A DNA stretch of 64,000 nt from an uncultured Phycisphaerales bacterium. GTDB lineage: Bacteria; Planctomycetota; Phycisphaerae; Tepidisphaerales; Tepidisphaeraceae. The stretch spans positions 2,976,001 to 3,040,000 of the forward strand of contig CAVWVQ010000003.1 of NCBI GenBank assembly GCA_963758525.1, in the 5' to 3' direction. The notes beneath the pieces are model-generated. The model did no database searches and was not told where the DNA came from. It saw only the letters and a program-made list of their open reading frames with translations. The position numbers were made by a program, and so were the translations under genes. Each line of letters begins with the position of its first letter. Position 1 is the first letter of the stretch. Shown here piece after piece: positions 42,939 through 57,442 of the stretch.

Positions 42939-43163
42939 GCCCGCTCCCGTGATTGAGGGGTTCGATCAACACGAGCATGCATCCACGGGAAAAAAGTTTC
43001 AAGAAATCCGCGCGGGCCGGCAGGGCGGGCGGGGCTGAGCCGGCTGAGCCTCTTGCCCCTCCCCCGGTATTCCGGCTTTCCGCTCTGAATTGCAAGCTCC
43101 CGGAAAGTCGGGCACGCCCGGCAGGGCCGAGGCGTGCGCAACGCGCAGCCGCGCCGGTTGTTT

Positions 43164-47149
<3,986 letters not shown>

Positions 47150-47169
47150 GGGAATTCCTCGGCTTTGTT

Positions 47170-48315
47170 TCAGTACGCAAAGGTCACATGCGCCGAAATT
47201 GCGTCCAGATCGCCGGTCTGGTCGCTGAAGTCGTGACGATATTCGCCGCGCAGCTCCAGCCCGCGGTAGAGCTGCACCGCGGCTCCGCCGCTGACTTCGT
47301 GACGGTGCTGCGCGACGCCGGTGACGATTCCCTGGTTGTCGTCCAGGAAGCTCCACCTCGCGAAGATGCGCCAGCGGTCGGTGATGTCGTAATTCCCCAG
47401 CAACAGCAGCCCGCCCCAACCGAGCGTCCCGCCCGACGGACCGTCCAATGCCAGCAGCGCTTCTCCGTCAATGGTCAACGCTGCCGTGGCAAGCCAGGCA
47501 GCCCTGGCATCGACAAAGTAGAGCGTCCCGCCGCGCTCGGCATTGAATTCGGGGCCGTTCCAATTTTCCAGAATCGACGCGCTATAGACCTCTTCGTCGT
47601 CCGACTCCGGCTCGGAATAGGTACCGCCGTCTGCCTCGCGAGGGTACTCTTCCTTCCGGAAGCCTGGGCCGATCCAGTTGGTCAGCGCCAGGTCAAGTTC
47701 GTGCGTCGGACGATACTCGAGCGTGAGCCCCGCCGAGGGCGGTCCCTCCAGGTTCGAGCTGCCCTCAAAATTGGCCGCGATGAAGGGGCGTGCTGTAATG
47801 TGCGTATTGCCCAGGGGCTGCGTGAGCATCACGCCGAGCAGGTCCTGTGGCTCGGCGCCAAAGAGCAGGCTGGTGCTGCCGCCAAGGCGATCCCATGCAT
47901 TGCGCGCCTCCGCGCCGAAGGACGCGTTAAACTTGCCAACGGTAAGGAGCGTCGCGTATTTCTCGGAGAGGTTGGCGGTAATGAATGCCTGCTGGAGCTG
48001 GCCGCGCGGGGTTCCATTGGAATCGAGGAAATGCACGTCCGCGGTGGCGGCAAGGTGATCGCCAAAGCGCTGCGTGGCACCCAGAGCAAGATCCAGATCC
48101 CAATAGTTGTCTCGATTGTGCGGGATCGCCGGGGTGTAAGAAGTCCATCCCCAGACATTAACATCGAGATTCTGCGCGATGGCCGGGGGAAGCAACTTCT
48201 CAAGGGAAGGGCCCTGATCGTCACCCGCCTCCTGCGCAAAGCAGGGCGCGAAACTGAGGAGGGCGGTCAAGAGGATGACGGCGTGATATCGGCGCATTGC
48301 AAGGCGGTTCGTCAC
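47170..48315 (-). CDS. Outer-membrane beta-barrel porin-like protein
   Basis: Signal peptide, LQQAFI, GKFN..FG.E, LRGEYRHD, terminal aromatic (VTFAY). Confidence 0.7.
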   Translation of the reverse strand: MTNRLAMRRYHAVILLTALLSFAPCFAQEAGDDQGPSLEKLLPPAIAQNLDVNVWGWTSYTPAIPHNRDNYWDLDLALGATQRFGDHLAATADVHFLDSNGTPRGQLQQAFITANLSEKYATLLTVGKFNASFGAEARNAWDRLGGSTSLLFGAEPQDLLGVMLTQPLGNTHITARPFIAANFEGSSNLEGPPSAGLTLEYRPTHELDLALTNWIGPGFRKEEYPREADGGTYSEPESDDEEVYSASILENWNGPEFNAERGGTLYFVDARAAWLATAALTIDGEALLALDGPSGGTLGWGGLLLLGNYDITDRWRIFARWSFLDDNQGIVTGVAQHRHEVSGGAAVQLYRGLELRGEYRHDFSDQTGDLDAISAHVTFAY

Positions 48316-48461
48316 GAACGCCTAGCAATTCAATCGGCGGAAAGCAGACATGGAATTACGGATATAAGTTATATCCGTGGTGCGCAGCGTTATGGTCAGT
48401 ATCAATCCGGCATCCGGAGCGGACGGGGATAAAAAGGTGAGTCAGAGCGCTGAGAACGCGA

Positions 48462-48710
48462 TCAGCCGGCGAAGACTTCGTAGCCGATGTTGGCGTGCTG
48501 CTCGCCGCCGGTCGCTTTGGGCTTTGCGGGCTTGTGCACAACCTTCGGCTTTGCGACCTTGTGCGGCTTCACGACGATCTTCTTCAGCGTCACAGGCGTG
48601 GTGGGGATGGTGATCTGAACCAGCGAGGCGCTGAGGAGTTGCCGCGACTCAAGTGTCTCCACGCGGGAGATCACTGAGCCTGAACCAATTTGACGTCGCT
48701 TGAGTCCCAT
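48462..48710 (-). CDS. LEPR-XLL micro-protein with a Lys/Pro/Val-rich cargo
   Basis: MGLKRRQ...VETLESRQLLS then about 55 aa; clean TGA. Confidence 0.65.
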   Translation of the reverse strand: MGLKRRQIGSGSVISRVETLESRQLLSASLVQITIPTTPVTLKKIVVKPHKVAKPKVVHKPAKPKATGGEQHANIGYEVFAG

Positions 48711-48868
48711 GATGTCACTCACTTCCGATCACTGCTGTCGCCCAACGCAAGTGCAGCTTACCCGAACTTTGGCAAGAGGGCGAGGGGAAAATGAGCACAA
48801 CCAGCCGCCTGGACGTTAATTTAGGTTATTTGGACGTGCGGTACACGGCCGGCAGGCAGTTTCTGCGC

Positions 48869-49914
48869 CTATTTGACGCGGGCGGCGGTTTTCAACTTCT
48901 CGATCTCGTCTTGCAATCTTCGAACTTGCGTCCGTAAATCCGGCAATTGGCGGAGAGCCGCCTGCTCGCGGAGGCTCTGCCGATGCGGAATTGCCGGCGT
49001 TCCACTGACGATCATCTTCGGCTCAACGTCCTGGGCAACTGCACTGCATGCCGCCGCCATCGAGCCGTCTCCCATTTGAATGTGATCGCGTACCGCCGCC
49101 TGGCCGCCCAACACAACGCCGGCGCCAAGCTTGCAGGACCCGGCAAGACCCACCTGACCCACGATGATGCAATGCGGCCCAATCTGCACGTTGTGCCCGA
49201 CCTGCACCAGATTGTCGATTTTGCTGCCCCGGCCGATGCGCGTTGCGCCAAACTTGGCTCGATCCACACAGACGCATGACCCGATCTCAACATCGTCTTC
49301 GACGATCACCGCGCCGATGTGCGGAATTTTGACGTGCTGCTTTCCATCCCAGCGGTACCCGAAGCCGTCCATCCCGATCACGCTGCCAGCGTGAATCGTA
49401 ACCCGATTGCCGATGGTCACGCGCTCGCGCACCACCACGCCGTGGAACAATTGGCAATCGTCGCCGATCACAACATCGTCGCTGAGCACGACGTTTGCCT
49501 GCAAGACGCAACGCGACCCCAGACGCGTGCGCGCGCCGATGATCACATGGGGACCAATTGCCGCATCGGCCGGAACGACCGCGGAATTTGCGACGTGAGC
49601 CGTCACATGAATGCCCGGCAAGGGCCGCGGAATCGGAGCGGCAAAGAGCGGCAGCACTTTCGCCAGTGCCAGTTCCACGTCATCGACGACCAGCGCCGGC
49701 CGGCTCCACGTTTCCGGCAGACGCACCTTGCGCCCGCGAGCACCGCGGCCGCCAATGTCGTGTCGAGCTGCGGCAAATAAGCGTCAGACGAGAGCAGCGA
49801 TAAATCGCCGGCCCCGGCGTCGCTCAACGCGGCAACGCCAGTAATCGTCATCTCGCGCGCACCGGCGGGTTCGGGAACGCCCAGAAGTGAGGAGATTTCA
49901 AAAAGTGACGGCAT
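48869..49914 (-). CDS. lpxD: UDP-3-O-acylglucosamine N-acyltransferase; frameshift at ~49735
   Basis: ITGVA.L..AG.GDLS; hexapeptide repeats; IG.DGFGY, KIPHIG.V, KIDNLVQVGHN; follows skp. Confidence 0.93.
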
Positions 49915-49928
49915 CTTTCCGAAGTCGC

Positions 49929-50567
49929 CTACTTCCCGGCTGCCTTTTCCTTCGCATACTGCGCGTCTAACAGCGTCAGCACTTCGTCGCTGATGTCCGC
50001 CTTCTTCGACGTGAACAATACGTCTTTCTGGTTGATCACCGCGCGAAGCTGATCGAAAGTCATCCCTTCGGTGTTGCTCAGATCCGAGCCTTGATCGGCA
50101 AGCACCACGTCAATGCCGTCCTGCTTGGCAACCTGCGCGACGGCAGACTGGATCTTGTTGAAGAGCAGGATCATCGTGTCCTTCTGATCTCGCTCGGCCT
50201 GCAGACGCACGAGCTTGCCCCACGAATCAAAGTCGGCCATCGCTTTGTCCAATGCGTCTTGTGCCGTCTTGAACTGCGGATTGTCGGGGGCAATTTCGTG
50301 CAGCCCGTCCTCCATGCCCTTGATCTTGGTGCGGCGATCATTCTCCTCGGTGGAAATCTCCTGCCGTTTCGCTTCGAGCTTGGCCTTGAGATCCTTGGTC
50401 TGCTGCATGTCGCTGAAAATCCGGGCAGTGTTCGCAACCGCAACATGCGGGAGTGAGCCCTGGTCAGCATGCGAAACGCCTGGCAAGAGCATGACCAGCA
50501 TCGCGGTCAGGAACGCGGGCGCTCCGCCAAGGGAAATTGCGACTGCGGAGCGAGGGTCAGACTTCAT
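49929..50567 (-). CDS. skp: OmpH/Skp periplasmic chaperone
   Basis: VAVAN..RIF, coiled coil, I..AV..VAK..GID.VL, DISDEVL; lies between bamA and lpxD. Confidence 0.85.
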   Translation of the reverse strand: MKSDPRSAVAISLGGAPAFLTAMLVMLLPGVSHADQGSLPHVAVANTARIFSDMQQTKDLKAKLEAKRQEISTEENDRRTKIKGMEDGLHEIAPDNPQFKTAQDALDKAMADFDSWGKLVRLQAERDQKDTMILLFNKIQSAVAQVAKQDGIDVVLADQGSDLSNTEGMTFDQLRAVINQKDVLFTSKKADISDEVLTLLDAQYAKEKAAGK

Positions 50568-50584
50568 GGAAAATCCTTTCACGG

Positions 50585-50709
50585 TCAGGGTTCAGGGGTC
50601 AGGGTGTCAGGGGTCAGGGTGTCAGGGTTCAGGGTTCAGGGTTCAGGAGGGAAGGTCTTCTCTTGCTGAACCCTGAACCCTGAACCCTGACACCCTGAAC
50701 CCTAACCCC
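50585..50709. repeat. Inverted arms of tandem heptamer (CAGGGTT)n / (AACCCTG)n
   Basis: ~8 units left, ~5 units right, ~18 bp spacer; fills the bamA-skp gap. Confidence 0.9.
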
Positions 50710-50724
50710 TCCGTTTCTCACAAG

Positions 50725-53110
50725 CTACTGGAGCAAACCAAAGGAGAAACTCAGGACCTCCGTATTGTCCTGCGAGCTCTTGGTTACGGGGAAGCCAAAG
50801 TCGATTGCCAGCGGAACTTGTCCAAGGAACGGCAAAGTGAGTCGCACGCCGGCTCCGACGCTGCTGCGGATTGTACCGAAGCGGACGCCACTCTCAACGT
50901 CGCCCGCGTCGGAGAAGACCACGCCGCGGAGGTTTTCGCCGTAGATGGGGAAGTTCAGCTCGACGGTGCCCGTCAGCGAGAAGTTGCCGCCGACCGGATC
51001 ATCCCCCAGCCCGCCGCGCGGGCTGACCCCGCGGTAACGAAACCCGCGCAAGCTTCCGATCCCGCCGCCATAGAACCGCTCGTAGAAGACCGAATCGCCG
51101 CTGATGAAGCCCGCGTTGGCATGGAAGCCCAGCACGGTGCGACGATCGATCAGATCTTCGAAAACTGATTTATAAGCGTCGTAGCTGGCCTGATACTTTT
51201 GGAAATGGAGGTCGCCGCCGAGCAGTCCGTAGCCCTCGACGCTCGCCTGTGTGACCGTCCCTTTATAAGGGAGCACGCCGGGATTGGTCGTATCGCGCCG
51301 CAGCTGCGCCGAGACGCTGGTCAGCGGATGGTGGCCTTCCGCCTCGAGAATCTCAAAAGGTCTGAATCTGGCGTCATCGATCCGGCCGATTTTCACTTGC
51401 TCCGCGCAGACTCAGCGAACCCGACCAGATGTAATCGAACCGCTTGCCGAACGAAACGCGGTCGCCGAGCCGTCGGTCGTCGTAATGCTCCCGAATGCGG
51501 TCGTGCAGATAGACCTCGTCGGAGAAGCTGTACGGCTGATCAAACATCCACGGCTCGCTGAAACGCAGCGACGCGTTGGTCTGAATCGTTCCCGGCTCGA
51601 AGCTGGCGCGAAAGTCCTGGCCCGCGCCGGTGAAAGCGTGATCGGAGAAGGTGTCGCGCCAATCGTTGGGAATGTTCGTGATGTCGAAGTTTCGCTGCTC
51701 GTAGGTGATATTGCCGCCCACGCCCCCGTTGCTGTTGATCCCCGCGCCGATGTTGAACGACGCGGTGCGATTCTCCGTCACTTCCACCAGCAGATCGCGC
51801 ACCGCCGGATCTTCGCCGATCGGGGTCATCTTGACGTCGCTGAAGTACGGCAGCGCCTTGACGCGATCCTGCGCGTCCTGCATCTCGCCGGAGTTGTAGA
51901 GGATTCCCGGAGAAAAGGCGTGAAACTCCCGCAGCACCAGCTTGTCCTGGCTCTTGTTGTTTCCCTTCACGTAGATGTTGCCGATCCGGAACGGCTTCCC
52001 CTCGTGCACGACATAGATCAGCTCCACCTTCCCCGGCTCATCGAGATACACCGTCTTAGTGTCGACGCGGAGATAATCCTCATCGCTCGATTGCGGCTCG
52101 TAGATAAAGCCAAACGGGCTGTAGTCTCGCACGATCTTTCGCACGTCGCGATCGAGCACTTCGCTGTCGTACGGGCTGCCGCTGGTGAGCTTTAATCCGC
52201 TGCGCAGCGTCGCTTCGCCGAGGCGGGTGTTCCCCTGGAAGCTCACGCGGGCGACGTCGTACCTGCGGCCTTCGGAAACCACGAAATCCACTTCCAGCTC
52301 CGACTGGTCCGGCGACCAGACGAGCTTCCGTCCGACCTTCACGTCGAAAAAACCCTTGTTCTGATAGAAGCGCCGCAGGGAGGCAATGTCCTCATCCACC
52401 TCCTGCGGGCTATACGTTCCGGGCCGGAAGATGAAAATCCACGAAGACGTTTTGATCTGGTCCTTCAGCTTGTCCTTGTCGAACGAGCGGACTCCCCGGA
52501 AATCGACATTGCGGATACGAACGCTTGGCCCCTCGACGATATTGAAGATCAGCTCGCCATGCGTCAGCGCGTCGTCGGAGACGCTCACTTCGGTGAACGG
52601 ATAATTCTTCTCGCGATAGGTCGATTCGATCGCCTGCTTGGAGAGTGCGATCCGAAAGTTATCGATCGCCTGCCCTTCAATGGTGTCGATCGCGTTTCGG
52701 AGTGTCTGATCGTCGACGTGCTTGTTCCCGTGGAAGCGAATGGCCCGAAGCAGCTTCTGTTCAGTGACAATAAAGACCACAACCACGCCGCCCGTCTTCG
52801 TCGGCTCGACCTTCGCTTCCACGTTGGCAAACTTCTTCAGCTCGAAGACGCGCTGGTAATCTTCCTGCACCGTGGCGGGGTCGAACTTCTCGCCCTCCCG
52901 CGTTCGGATGAGGTTTCGAACGATCGCGTTGGAGACAGTGGTGTTGCCGAGAATCCTGACCTCTTCGACGATCCGTCCCTTGAGATCCGGGGAAATCGCC
53001 GGCGGCGCGGGAAGCGTCTGCGAGAAAGCGAAGGGAGAGAGCGAGAGAAGACAGACAAGGCAGGAGATGCGGGCGAGATACGTCGCTGATCGAGGCTGGG
53101 TTTGTTTCAC
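50725..53110 (-). CDS. bamA: Outer membrane protein assembly factor BamA; frameshift at ~51404; start approximate (GTG 53110)
   Basis: POTRA repeats (I.F.GN, Y...GFF), ERFYGGG..SLRGF, R.SVGAG.R, C-terminal FSFG. Confidence 0.92.
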
Positions 53111-53415
53111 GCTCGCTCTGGTCCGCAAAGAGTCACGATCAGCACACTTTCGAGGCGTCACGTCTGTCACGCTATAAGCGTCGCGAAGTGTAACGGAGGG
53201 GAAAGCGATGTCAAAAACGCCGGGAGGGCATCTGCTTGCGTTGCTCGTCACATTTCCCCGGCTCGAGACCGTCACAGGATGTGCCATCGCGAGGATCCGC
53301 CGCCTCGCCGTGGAGCTGAAGCTCGCCGAAGTTTACGCCGGCGTCGATTTTCAACTCGCGCCCGACTGATGCGGCAATACGCTATCCGTGTGGCAGCCTA
53401 TCGAATTAGAATGCC

Positions 53416-54730
53416 TTGATGATCCGCAAGGAAATCCTGGCTTTGCGCTGCTTGCACCCCGTCGTTGCTCTCGCGCTAATTGGTATTCTGTGTCCTCTCG
53501 CCCGAGCCGGGGAGGCGACGCTGCAAACGCGCGCCGATGACATCGCAAGTCTCTTCTCGGATAACCCCGGCCAATATGGCCGCGTCTTCGCTCCCAGCTT
53601 TCTGGCCGCGGTTCCGTCCGCGCAACTGACAACAATCTTTCGCCAAACATTTCAACAATGCGGACGATGCAGGGCGGCAAAGCTGCTCCATGCGCCGAAT
53701 TCGGACTCGGGAGAATTTGAGTTCGTATTCGAAAAGGGATTTTTATCGTGCGCTCAACTCGTTATCGATCATGCTGCTCCTCACCTTGCCATCGGGTTCT
53801 TCATCGGTCCGGCTCGGCCTGACGCAAAATCGCTGAATGATGTCATTGCACAGCTCCAGAGCCTGCCCGGCGCCACATCACTCCTGGTGGCAGTGATAAA
53901 ACCCGACGGCCTCCACCCGATTGCCCAGCTCAACGCCGACAAGACGATGGCTGTCGGCTCGACATTCAAGCTGTATGTGCTGGCCGAGCTGATTCACGAA
54001 ATCGACACGCAGCAACGCCACTGGGCCGATGTCATTGACCTCGAACCCTCGGCCCGCTCTCTGCCGAGCGGCTTTTTGAACAAATGGCCCGCAGGCGCGC
54101 CGCTCACGCTTCACACACTGGCAGCGCTGATGATCTCGCAGAGCGACAACACCGCCGCCGACCAATTAATTCATCTGCTGGGTCGCGACAACATCGAGAA
54201 GATGCTTTCCGTCACAGGACACCATCAGCCGCAGCGCACGATCCCGTTCCTCACCACGCTGGAAATGTTCAAACTGAAGGGCGAACCGAGTGGAAAGCTC
54301 GTCGCTGATTATCTCGCCGCCGGCGCCGCGGACCGTTTGAAATTGCTGAATGGCCGCGTCGCGGAGTTTTCCCGCGATGCGATCGAGCTGCCGTCGAAGC
54401 CAAGTCATATCTCCGATGTCGAATGGTTTGCATCCGCCACGGACCTTGGAAATGCGATGCATTGGCTGCTCGATCACACGCAAGACAAACCCACCGCACC
54501 CGCGCGAGATTCTCGCCATCAATCCGGGACTCGCGTTGTCCAGGCAGGATTGGAACTACATCGGCTACAAGGGCGGCTCCGAAACGGGCGTGCTGAACAT
54601 GACCTATCTCCTGCAAACCCGCGACAAACGCTGGCTGACGTTCTCCGCCAGTTGGAATGATCCGCAAAACGCACTCGACGAGCCGAAATTCTTCGGGCTT
54701 GTGCAACGCGCAATCGAACTGGCGCAGTGA
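53416..54730 (+). CDS. Serine hydrolase of class A beta-lactamase/PBP-like fold; frameshift at ~54503
   Basis: GSTFK (SxxK), SDN, YKGGSE.GV. Confidence 0.8.
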
Positions 54731-54818
54731 ACTGCGTCGAAAATTGACGCATGAAGCGCTAGGGATATCATACCTTTCCTAAAGGACGCTCTTCACTTTC
54801 GCAAAACGGGATCGGTGC

Positions 54819-55897
54819 ATGCAATCTGGCGGACCTGGAAGTCAAGGCGGCGGCATCTCCGGTACCGGCCAGACGCGCCAGGTCGGAACGCGCGAGCAGT
54901 TCTCCGCTGAAGAACTTGCCATCGTCATGTCTCACTTTGACATCGGCGTGCTCGACTCGATCGTCGATTATCCGCGCGGCTCCCGCAAAGCCCCCAAGCT
55001 CCTGGTTGTCAGCGAGCAGGGCAAGTTCCTTCTCAAGCGCCGCGCCCGCGGCAAAGACGATCCGTACAAGGTCGCCTTCTCCCACGCGCTGCAGCTTTAC
55101 CTGGCGAGCAAGCAGTTTCCCCTGCCACATCTTGTCGGCACCAAGAAGGACAACAATTCGATGCTCCAGTGGCGCAACGCCGTGTACGAGCTCTTCGAAT
55201 ACATCCCCGGCCAGGGATATCCCCAGACGCTCGAAGCCACCTTCGACAGCGGCCGGGTGCTCTCGCTGTATCACAAGCTGCTGCAGGATTTTCAATCTGA
55301 GTGGAAGCCCTCCGGCGGCAGCTACCATCTGGCCGCCGCGGTCGAACAGGGCCTGGCGCTATTCCCAACCAGGTGGGCGATGCCGACGCCGGGCCGCTCC
55401 TCGAATTTCTCCTCGAAAGTTATCGCCACGCCGCCCAGATGGTCGAGAGCCTCGGGCTGGAGCGCTGGCCCAAGCAGATCGTCCACGCCGACTGGCATCC
55501 GGGAAACATGCTCTTCCGCGACAACCATGTGGTCGCCGTCATCGACTACGACTCAGCACGTCTTCTCGCCCGCATCATCGACGTCGCCAACGGCGCGTTG
55601 CAATTCTCCATCATCGGCGGCGATGAAGACGTCTCCAAATGGCCCGACAAGCTGGACGAGGGCCGATTCAAACGCTTCCTCCGCGGCTACGACCAGGTCA
55701 TGCTCCTCTCCGAAGCAGAGCTGCGTTCCATCCCCTGGCTCATGGTCGAAGCCCTGATCGCCGAAGCCGTCTTCCCCATCGCCGCCACCGGAACCTTCGG
55801 CCGCATGGAAGGCTTCGCCTTTCTGGAAATGGTTCAACGCAAGATCCATTGGATGCAAAAGTCCGCCGACAGCCTCGTCGAGCTCGCCGCCGGCTAG
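54819..55897 (+). CDS. APH/homoserine-kinase-II-like phosphotransferase; frameshift at ~55358
   Basis: FLLKRR, ELFEYIPG, IVHADWHPGNMLF, IDYD. Confidence 0.8.
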
Positions 55898-55911
55898 AGG
55901 CGATTTCATAA

Positions 55912-56003
55912 CCCCCCACGCCGAGTCTGAGGTACTGCGAAGGCTCGGATCGAAACGCGCGAAAATCCGAGCCTTCGGAGTACCTCAGACTCGGCGTGGG
56001 GGG
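55912..56003. repeat. Long hairpin, 39-bp arms with one mismatch
   Basis: ccccccacgccgagtctgaggtactgcgaaggctcggat / atccgagccttcggagtacctcagactcggcgtgggggg. Confidence 0.85.
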
Positions 56004-56067
56004 CGGATTGTCAGTTCGGAGCCGTGCTCTTACCCGCGCGACGCTGCCAATCGCGTTGGTCGCGCGT

Positions 56068-56877
56068 ATGATTACCGCGATGTCTTTGTTTCCCCGGTCT
56101 CCGTGCTTGCCGGCAGTATTGCTGCGCGGATGGTTGTGCGCAGCGATGACCTGCGCCGTCGCGTGCGCCAGTGCCGGCGCTGAACCGGTGACGCAACCCG
56201 CAACCCAGCCCTCTGCCGCGCTCGATGCCATCAAGCGCTCGTTCGAACAGCTCTCCGATGACGACCCCGGCGTTCGCGATGAGGCGTCAACCTGGTTGAT
56301 GCAACTCCGCCGGGACGATCTCCCGGCTTTGCGCAAAATCGTCCAGGACGCATCGCCGCTGACGCCCGCGCAGGTCGAAGCGTTGCCCGACATCGTCAAC
56401 CAGGTCTATCTCTCCGGCGACCACTACGACTCACAATCGGATGCCGGCTTTCTGGGAATCCAGACCCGCGCCGTTGATATCGCGTCCACAAAGGGCGCCG
56501 CCGACGATCGCAACTACAAAGGAATTCTGGTGCTCAACCGCGTCCCGGGATTCTGCGGCGCGCGAGCGCTCCGCAACGGCGACGTTATTATCGGAATCGC
56601 CGACATGCCCGAGCTCGGCTTCATCGATCCCGACAGCTTCCGTGAAAACATCAAGCAGCATCACGCCGGCTCTACCGTCCGCTTCCAAATCCTGCGTCAC
56701 GGCCAAGTCCGCGAAGTCGCGGTCACGCTTGACCCTCGCCCCGTGATCGCCGAGCAAGAGGACCTGCTCCTCGATATGGTGCAGAAACGGCAGCACGCGT
56801 TCGAGAGTTATTGGCAGGCGACTTTTGCACCGCTGCTAAAGGAAGAAATATCCTCCGCGGATGCCGCGACGAGATAG
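56068..56877 (+). CDS. Exported PDZ-domain protein
   Basis: Signal peptide, TQPATQP linker, L..DD..VR..A HEAT-like helix, GFLGI, LR.GDVII. Confidence 0.75.
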   Translation: MITAMSLFPRSPCLPAVLLRGWLCAAMTCAVACASAGAEPVTQPATQPSAALDAIKRSFEQLSDDDPGVRDEASTWLMQLRRDDLPALRKIVQDASPLTPAQVEALPDIVNQVYLSGDHYDSQSDAGFLGIQTRAVDIASTKGAADDRNYKGILVLNRVPGFCGARALRNGDVIIGIADMPELGFIDPDSFRENIKQHHAGSTVRFQILRHGQVREVAVTLDPRPVIAEQEDLLLDMVQKRQHAFESYWQATFAPLLKEEISSADAATR

Positions 56878-57178
56878 TGGCTCCGTGCGTCCAACTGCCA
56901 AATCCGCGAATGGCATTCCGAACGCCGGATGCGTTTGCCTCTTTCGTCGCTTGCTGGGACGCGTCCTTTCGAGCGGCAAGAGAGATTGTTGCGAAAAAAA
57001 CGCAGGCGACAAAAAATGTGCGCGGCGCACGAAGCCTTTTTACAGATTGTTGCGCGCGGTAAGCCGCAAACTGAAGAGCCGCGAAGGAGCGAAGAAAAGA
57101 CGCGAAGGAAAGACAAACAAAGAGAATTGCGGGCCGCTTTCTTCGCTTCTGGCCTTGCTGCTTCGCTGCGGCTGGCTA

Positions 57179-57442
57179 TCACGCGTCCGGCGTGCGCCCT
57201 GCGCGCGTCTTCCGGAAGCCGATGAACATTTAAATCAGGCCCCAGGCAATCATGCCGTAGTACAGCGTCCAGATACCACCGTCGGCGGCAGTTGCCGACC
57301 AGTACGTCAGCCCGCTGCAGGTGATCCCGGCCAAGGCGATGGCTGCGCCGAAATACAGATCGAAACGCCCGCTCACCTTTGCCGGACCACGTGGCAATAC
57401 AGAGGTGAAGGTTGCGTCTGCTCCCACCGCGCAGCGGTTTAG
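57179..57442 (-). pseudogene. Degenerate small membrane-protein gene in the cassette downstream of attC2
   Basis: FDLYFGAAIALAGITCSGLTYW..DGGIWTLYYGMIAWGLI*MFIGFRK with in-frame TAA. Confidence 0.5.

Noticed and set aside
49700..51450. Programmed frameshifting or phase variation in lpxD and bamA
   Set aside because: No slippery heptamer or long SSR at the shift sites; same error pattern as in unrelated genes
53416..54730. Bona fide class A beta-lactamase resistance gene
   Set aside because: KGG instead of KTG, no recognisable E166 omega-loop motif and an extra N-terminal domain; more likely a PBP-like serine hydrolase
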